Of a stretch of DNA of 39,748 nt, positions 35,541-39,748 are shown piece by piece. This DNA is from Acutalibacteraceae bacterium. GTDB lineage: Bacteria > Bacillota > Clostridia > Oscillospirales > Acutalibacteraceae. The notes under the pieces were generated by a model, which saw nothing but the letters and a program-made list of their open reading frames with translations, was not told where the DNA came from and did no database searches. The stretch spans positions 1-39,748 of the forward strand of contig JAXJVI010000099.1 of NCBI GenBank assembly GCA_036308615.1, written 5' to 3'. Made by a program: the position numbers and the translations under genes. Numbering within the stretch: position 1 is the stretch's first letter; each line of letters begins with the position of its first letter.

Positions 35541-35969
35541 ATGATGAAACGGAAGACAATTCAGCGTTCTTTGGTATTGGACGCTGTGAACAAATTACAT
35601 AATCACGCAACGGCGGACGAGATATACGATGCCGTTATCATTGAACACCCTAATATCAGTAAGGCGACTGTATATAGAAACTTAAATGCTTTATCGGAAA
35701 TGGGAGAAATACGCAAATTGGAAATCCCGGGCGGAGCCGACCGATATGACCACTGTACCCATAATCACTGTCATATAAAATGTGACAAATGCGGCCGCCT
35801 TTTCGATGTGGATATGGATTATATCTCGGGCCTCGAAAATAACATAAGGGACACCCGCGGATTTGATTTTAGAGGCTATGATATTATTTTTCGCGGAACT
35901 TGCCCTGATTGCAAAAAGCATTCGTCATCTCAAAAAGAGAAAGATGTATCACAGAAAAACCGCGACTGA
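35541..35969 (+). CDS. Fur-family metalloregulator (Zur/PerR-like)
   Basis: 142 aa: winged helix ATVYRNLNALSEMGEI, HCTHNHCH, CDKCG...CPDCKK structural Zn site. Confidence 0.85.
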   Translation: MMKRKTIQRSLVLDAVNKLHNHATADEIYDAVIIEHPNISKATVYRNLNALSEMGEIRKLEIPGGADRYDHCTHNHCHIKCDKCGRLFDVDMDYISGLENNIRDTRGFDFRGYDIIFRGTCPDCKKHSSSQKEKDVSQKNRD

Positions 35970-36005
35970 GCGTTTTTCATATAATAAATATTTAGGAGGA
36001 TTGTT

Positions 36006-36572
36006 ATGAGAAGCATTACCAAATTAGATTTGCAGTACGCGCATCGATTTTACGGATTTAAGGGAGAAGCACAATATTTGCATGGACATACCGGTGTTCT
36101 TACCATAGAAGTTGAGGATACCGTCGAGCCGGGCGTAAATATGGTTTTTCCTTGTAATGAAATTCAGAAGACAGCTTGGGAGGTTCTCAAGAACTTTGAC
36201 CATGCATTGATTTTGAGAGAGGACGATCCTCTCCTGCCTGCTATCCTTGATGTTTATGAAAAGCAGGGAATCAAAGCCGGCGCGCCTACCAACAAGATGA
36301 AGGGTCCCGCGTTTAAGACAGAGCTTGCAACGGCTTATCCCGATTGCCGTTTGGTAGTGACCAAGGAAACTATGACGGTTGAAGGTATGATTAAAATCGT
36401 GTACGACCTTCTTAAGGATAAGCTGAATATTGCCAAGCTTACCTTTATAAGCGGCGTAAATGCGGCATCCGAGGAGTTTGAGACAAGAAAAGAAATTGAC
36501 CGCTGTCCTTTGTGCGGCATAGCGCTTAATGAAAAAGGCGTTTGCCCCAAGTGCGGATACAAAAAGAATTAA
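36006..36572 (+). CDS. 6-pyruvoyl-tetrahydropterin synthase/QueD-like protein with C-terminal zinc ribbon
   Basis: YAHRFYGFKGEAQYLHGHTGVLTIEV (His triad pattern H...HGH), NFDHALIL, C-terminal CPLCGIALNEKGVCPKCG. Confidence 0.7.
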   Translation: MRSITKLDLQYAHRFYGFKGEAQYLHGHTGVLTIEVEDTVEPGVNMVFPCNEIQKTAWEVLKNFDHALILREDDPLLPAILDVYEKQGIKAGAPTNKMKGPAFKTELATAYPDCRLVVTKETMTVEGMIKIVYDLLKDKLNIAKLTFISGVNAASEEFETRKEIDRCPLCGIALNEKGVCPKCGYKKN

Positions 36573-36588
36573 ACATTTCCTAATCGTG

Positions 36589-36626
36589 GAGCCAAGAGAA
36601 CCGTCCCCTTGGCTCTTAAAATTTTT
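36589..36626 (+). terminator. Hairpin repeat, type 2, serving as terminator of the QueD-like gene
   Basis: GAGCCAAG-AGAACCGTCCC-CTTGGCTC followed by TTAAAATTTTT. It has the same 11-nt loop (reverse orientation) as the type 1 repeats. Confidence 0.75.
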
Positions 36627-36642
36627 CTTGACACCCCTAAAA

Positions 36643-36963
36643 TCAGTCATCAACGATATCTAAAAATGGCAAGATTATAACTATCTCAAATATTAAAAAT
36701 AACAATAGCAATATTAAAACAATTTTGAATAGATACATTTTTTTTAATATACATAAAATGATTATCGCAGGAACAGATAACAATTTGACAAACCACAAAA
36801 CCCTGCTATATTTAACAGTCAGGTGCTTTTTACAATTGGGGCACTTATGTAAATATCGCCAGTCAAGGAAGAACATTTTTCTCCAGTATGACAATTTAGT
36901 GCCACAGATAGGGCAATAATTATTTTTAATTCCATTTAAATATCTTTTGAATAATCTATTCAT
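36643..36963 (-). CDS. Small zinc-ribbon membrane protein
   Basis: Start at MNRLFKRYL with an AAGGAG RBS. CPICG...CPNCKK, then two hydrophobic segments. Very AT-rich. Confidence 0.6.
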   Translation of the reverse strand: MNRLFKRYLNGIKNNYCPICGTKLSYWRKMFFLDWRYLHKCPNCKKHLTVKYSRVLWFVKLLSVPAIIILCILKKMYLFKIVLILLLLFLIFEIVIILPFLDIVDD

Positions 36964-36989
36964 ATTTTCTCCTTTAAGGTGCATCAAAA

Positions 36990-37197
36990 TAAGACAGGGA
37001 ATAAGACAGGGGACGGTTCTCTGTCCTGATTTGAGGGTAAGACAGGGGACGGTAAGACAGGGGACGGTTCTCTGTCCTGATTTGCGGATAGCGAAGATTA
37101 CGAAAAATTTTTAGAAATATTGAAGAGCCAAGAGAACCGTCCCCTTGTCTCCCTAAGAAATATTGAAGAGCCAAGAGAACCGTCCCCTTGTCTCCCC
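36990..37197. repeat. Composite array of the hairpin repeat: 2 full + 2 partial forward units and 2 reverse 43-bp tandem units
   Basis: Forward units: 36991-37000 (partial), 37003-37033, 37039-37053 (partial), 37054-37085. Reverse tandem 43-mers: 37111-37153 and 37154-37196 (TAAGAAATATTGAAGAGCCAAGAGAACCGTCCCCTTGTCTCCC). Confidence 0.92.
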
Positions 37198-37803
37198 AAC
37201 TGTTTTATGCTTACCGCCCGGAATGTCATAGCGGATTGTTTCCTTAAAGTTCGGAACAAAATCCACAAATATGCCGATTTCTTCTTTAATTTCCCGTTTG
37301 GCGGTCTGTTCCTCGGTTTCAAAGGCTTCCATATGTCCTTTAGGAACGCTGTAGGTTTGCGACCTCCGCTGAAAAAGACATAGAATTTTTATTCCGCCGT
37401 TTTCTCTTTTGAAAACGACTGCACCGCAGGATTTTTGATAAATCGCCTCTATCTCTGTTTTATAATATTGCTCCTGAAAATGCACCTGCTCGGCGATTTC
37501 GTTCTGCGTGAAATTCATGCCCTCCGGAGCCATAACCAGCTTGTCCTCAACATCATTTTCACGGTGAACAATTCCAATGATTTCACCTGTGTATTCAGTC
37601 ACTGGCTTATCCACACCCAGCAAATAAACATCAAGTTCCTCGCCGTCACCACCCAAAATACCCGGAATATATCCGTAGTTAATTTGATAATTTAAGCTAT
37701 AATTTTCTTTCTTATGTACATAACCTATCGGACGATCAATTTCTATCCGCACAGTTTTGCCGAGATAGGATTTTACAAGCGCTTTTCTTTCTTCAAATGT
37801 CAT
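37153..37803 (-). CDS. Inorganic-pyrophosphatase-like domain fused to an Ap4A-hydrolase-like Nudix domain; 3' end replaced by repeat sequence
   Basis: The N-half NYGYIPGILGGDGEELDVYLLG...IIGIVHRENDVEDKLVMAP matches the family I PPase pattern NYGFIP..DGDP.DV. The C-half carries the Nudix box KGHMEAFETEEQTAKREIKEEIG. Homology ends at ...GGKHKTV, and the last 14 codons (GETRGRFSWLFNIS) are encoded by the repeat array. Confidence 0.7.
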   Translation of the reverse strand: MTFEERKALVKSYLGKTVRIEIDRPIGYVHKKENYSLNYQINYGYIPGILGGDGEELDVYLLGVDKPVTEYTGEIIGIVHRENDVEDKLVMAPEGMNFTQNEIAEQVHFQEQYYKTEIEAIYQKSCGAVVFKRENGGIKILCLFQRRSQTYSVPKGHMEAFETEEQTAKREIKEEIGIFVDFVPNFKETIRYDIPGGKHKTVGETRGRFSWLFNIS

Positions 37804-38246
37804 TATAATTTTCCTTTAATTATCGAATTGATTTCATACATAGCAACCTTGTTTGAATCCCACTTTAACAGTTTTCGTGCCTCATCATATGTAAGCCATT
37901 TATATTCAGTATGTTCATTTGATAGCGTAGGCTCTGAATCACACTCAAAGGCAAACGAATATTCGGGGATAACATAAGTGTTTTTGTCCCAATGTTGTCT
38001 TTTGCTTTCAGCAATAACTTCTGCCGGAACATAGGCAATACATGTGAGTTGTTTGATATCTTTCGGCTCAACACCAATTTCTTCTATTGTTTCTCTTTTG
38101 GCAGCTTCAAACTGTGTTTCACCGTTTTCGACACCACCTGCAATAAACTGCCAAATGTTACTGTCTGCTCTGCGAAAAATACAGAACAAGGGTGTGCCAT
38201 CAACAATTCGATACGGTATTGCTAAAATTTGATACGGTTCTCGCAT
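37803..38246 (-). CDS. Nudix hydrolase
   Basis: 147 aa with Nudix box GGVENGETQFEAAKRETIEEIG. TAATG overlap with the downstream gene. Confidence 0.85.
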   Translation of the reverse strand: MREPYQILAIPYRIVDGTPLFCIFRRADSNIWQFIAGGVENGETQFEAAKRETIEEIGVEPKDIKQLTCIAYVPAEVIAESKRQHWDKNTYVIPEYSFAFECDSEPTLSNEHTEYKWLTYDEARKLLKWDSNKVAMYEINSIIKGKL

Positions 38247-38249
38247 TAT

Positions 38250-38609
38250 TTATTCCTCACTATCTATACTTGTTTGCTTTAATTTTTCCAACAAAGCTGT
38301 GACCTTGGGTTCTATATCATTAAGTATAGATTTTGCGTCTTCTGCCGCACATTTAATATCCTCTACACGGCATTCTAAATCATCGGCGGCATCCTCTAAA
38401 TCCTCTAACTCATCAGTAGTGTCAGTGGAAGCGTAACCTATAGGGCAATGGCGGAATTCTGCATTTGCACCATCGCCACTTATTTCAACAGAATTAAGCG
38501 GAGTTTTGTTGAATGTAATATTTAAGCCGTCACCTGAAAATTCAATATTTTCAAGTATTGTCTCTAACTTTTTTATTCTGTTCTCAAGCTCTATGATTTT
38601 ATTTTCCAT
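38250..38609 (-). CDS. Hypothetical acidic coiled-coil protein
   Basis: 119 aa. The ends are heptad-like (IIELENRIKKLETILENI; LLEKLKQ) and the centre is acidic (DELEDLEDAADDLECRVEDIKCAAEDAK). I recognised no family. Confidence 0.55.
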   Translation of the reverse strand: MENKIIELENRIKKLETILENIEFSGDGLNITFNKTPLNSVEISGDGANAEFRHCPIGYASTDTTDELEDLEDAADDLECRVEDIKCAAEDAKSILNDIEPKVTALLEKLKQTSIDSEE

Positions 38610-38622
38610 TCAAATCATCCTT

Positions 38623-39492
38623 TCAATTTTTAACTACCGATTTGCCAAATTGATCAACATAAGCGTTTGCATCATCTAAAATTCTTATAAAATCAGGGTT
38701 ATCCTTTAAACTTGTAAATTCTCTTTCCATAGAAATTAAAAACAATTCAACATATCCTGTTAGTTCACAAAAGCGTGGTGTGTTATCTTCCAATAAATCA
38801 AACAAAGGTGCCGTAAAATGCTTTTGGTTTCTGCTTATATCTGCAGTTGATTTTGTTATTTCAAACAACTTTTTCAAGGTTTCTATTGCAGTTTTTTCAT
38901 CACCCATTTTAAGATACAGTCCTGCACGTTTTAAATAAACGCCATCTAAAATGTGATAAAAATATTGGTAGTTTCCGTCGGGAATAACTAAATTAACAAT
39001 TTTCTCGCAAATATCAAGCATATTAAAATCTTCTTGTGGCATTTCATAAAGTAAATCAAGAAGTTTTTTACTAATGATTTGCTGTTTATGGCGGCGGAGT
39101 GAGTCACCCTTTAGACAAAATTTTAATGCTAAATCTACATTTTGGCATTTATAGGCCTGTTCAATAGCCATATCTTCTAATCCGAGTTTCGAATAAATTC
39201 TAACTATTAATTCTTTCGCTGTTTCTTCATTCGGATTTTCTTTGAGTAGACGCTGAGCATAGTCCATTGCTTTGTGCAAATGTTTATGTTTAGTAATATC
39301 ATCCGTCTCTGCATCTGCCAGCCATTCTTCAGCTATTGCAGCACGAAAGAGAAAGGATTTATCGTAAGGAAATTCTTCTAATCCTTTTATACTTATCTCC
39401 AAGCTTTTGTGAGGGTCATCGCCATTTTTATGAAGGTTTTCCTGCCAAATAGATTCCAGTTCCTTACGGCGTTCGTCAAAGTGTATAGGCAT
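38623..39492 (-). CDS. Helical-repeat (TPR-like) protein related to the C-domain of ORF 9860-11020
   Basis: 289 aa, all-helical. C-terminal FTSLKDNPDFIRIL compares with FEGLKDNAEFIALK in the 386-aa HTH-TPR protein. The start directly abuts the stop of the AraC-HTH ORF. Confidence 0.6.
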   Translation of the reverse strand: MPIHFDERRKELESIWQENLHKNGDDPHKSLEISIKGLEEFPYDKSFLFRAAIAEEWLADAETDDITKHKHLHKAMDYAQRLLKENPNEETAKELIVRIYSKLGLEDMAIEQAYKCQNVDLALKFCLKGDSLRRHKQQIISKKLLDLLYEMPQEDFNMLDICEKIVNLVIPDGNYQYFYHILDGVYLKRAGLYLKMGDEKTAIETLKKLFEITKSTADISRNQKHFTAPLFDLLEDNTPRFCELTGYVELFLISMEREFTSLKDNPDFIRILDDANAYVDQFGKSVVKN

Positions 39493-39748
39493 TTATAATT
39501 CCTCCTTCCGTTTCTGCACCGCCGATTTCCGAAACTCGGCGGGGGTTGTGCCTGTTATTTCTTTGAAAATTCTGTTAAAGTGTTGTACCGTTTTGAATCC
39601 GACCATATTTGCAATATCTTTGATAGGCACTTCGGTAAAAGCGAGTTGTTTTTTTGCAACGGTTATGCGGTATTTCATTAAATACTCTATTGCCGTACAG
39701 CCGAGTTCTTCTTTCATAAGTGCGGTAAGGGTGGTATGGTTTATTCCC
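39493..39748 (-). CDS. AraC-family regulator, C-terminal HTH part (N-terminus beyond the right window edge)
   Basis: The frame is open to the window end. TAIEYLMKYRITVAKKQL...IKDIANMVGFKTVQHFNRIFKEITGTTPAEFRK is the AraC double HTH. Confidence 0.8.
   Translation of the reverse strand, partial: GINHTTLTALMKEELGCTAIEYLMKYRITVAKKQLAFTEVPIKDIANMVGFKTVQHFNRIFKEITGTTPAEFRKSAVQKRKEEL

Noticed and set aside
36024-36653. 209-aa minus-strand ORF
   Set aside because: It is antisense to the well-supported QueD/PTPS-like gene. Its N-terminus is read from the hairpin repeat (QGDGSLGS), as are the spurious ORFs 36974-37174 and 37098-37322.
36990-37197. Possible CRISPR array
   Set aside because: The units occur in both orientations and number only 2-3 copies. 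There are no unique spacers of constant length, and the same motif is dispersed as single hairpins elsewhere.

Overview
This is a chromosomal segment of a spore-forming Firmicute with Clostridia-like gene order. The backbone (about 50% G+C by hand count of sample lines) reads: radA (partial)-cwlD | AEC permease | recJ-relA-dtd-MBL hydrolase-hemZ-uridine-kinase-like ATPase | Zn-ribbon protein | mtnN-MOP flippase | hup | yabO-yabP-yabQ-divIC-S1 protein | fumarate hydratase alpha-THUMP methyltransferase-mscL | FMN riboswitch-ribU | SAM-I riboswitch-metK | Fur-family regulator-QueD/PTPS-like. Four accessory insertions interrupt it. (i) An 11.7-kb AT-rich island (1858-13380) is bracketed by 217-bp direct repeats of the cwlD 5' end. 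It carries two tandem paralogous unknowns, a decaying N-acetylhexosamine locus (nagA and nagB pseudogenes, NahK-like kinase, GH109-like oxidoreductase, AraC regulator), two XRE-HTH regulators with unusual C-terminal domains, two GNATs and a Fic/VbhA-like toxin-antitoxin pair. (ii) A one-gene AT-rich epimerase cassette follows mscL. (iii) A 1.3-kb insertion with a cytoplasmic BNR/sialidase-like gene is bracketed by a duplicated metK 3' end. (iv) An AT-rich block runs from 36.6 kb to the window end: a small Zn-ribbon membrane protein, then a tight minus-strand operon of AraC-HTH, TPR-like, coiled-coil, Nudix and PPase::Nudix genes. A hairpin repeat family with an invariant GGGACGGTTCT loop and covarying stems marks most of these junctions between 30.1 and 37.2 kb. 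It forms a 208-bp composite array that truncates a Nudix gene. Two GC-rich multi-hairpin MITE-like elements are present, one inside the metK leader. I recognised no rRNA, complete tRNA, CRISPR array, transposase or recombinase gene. The most interesting signals are the two recombinase-less insertions that duplicate a gene end, and the hairpin repeat family.
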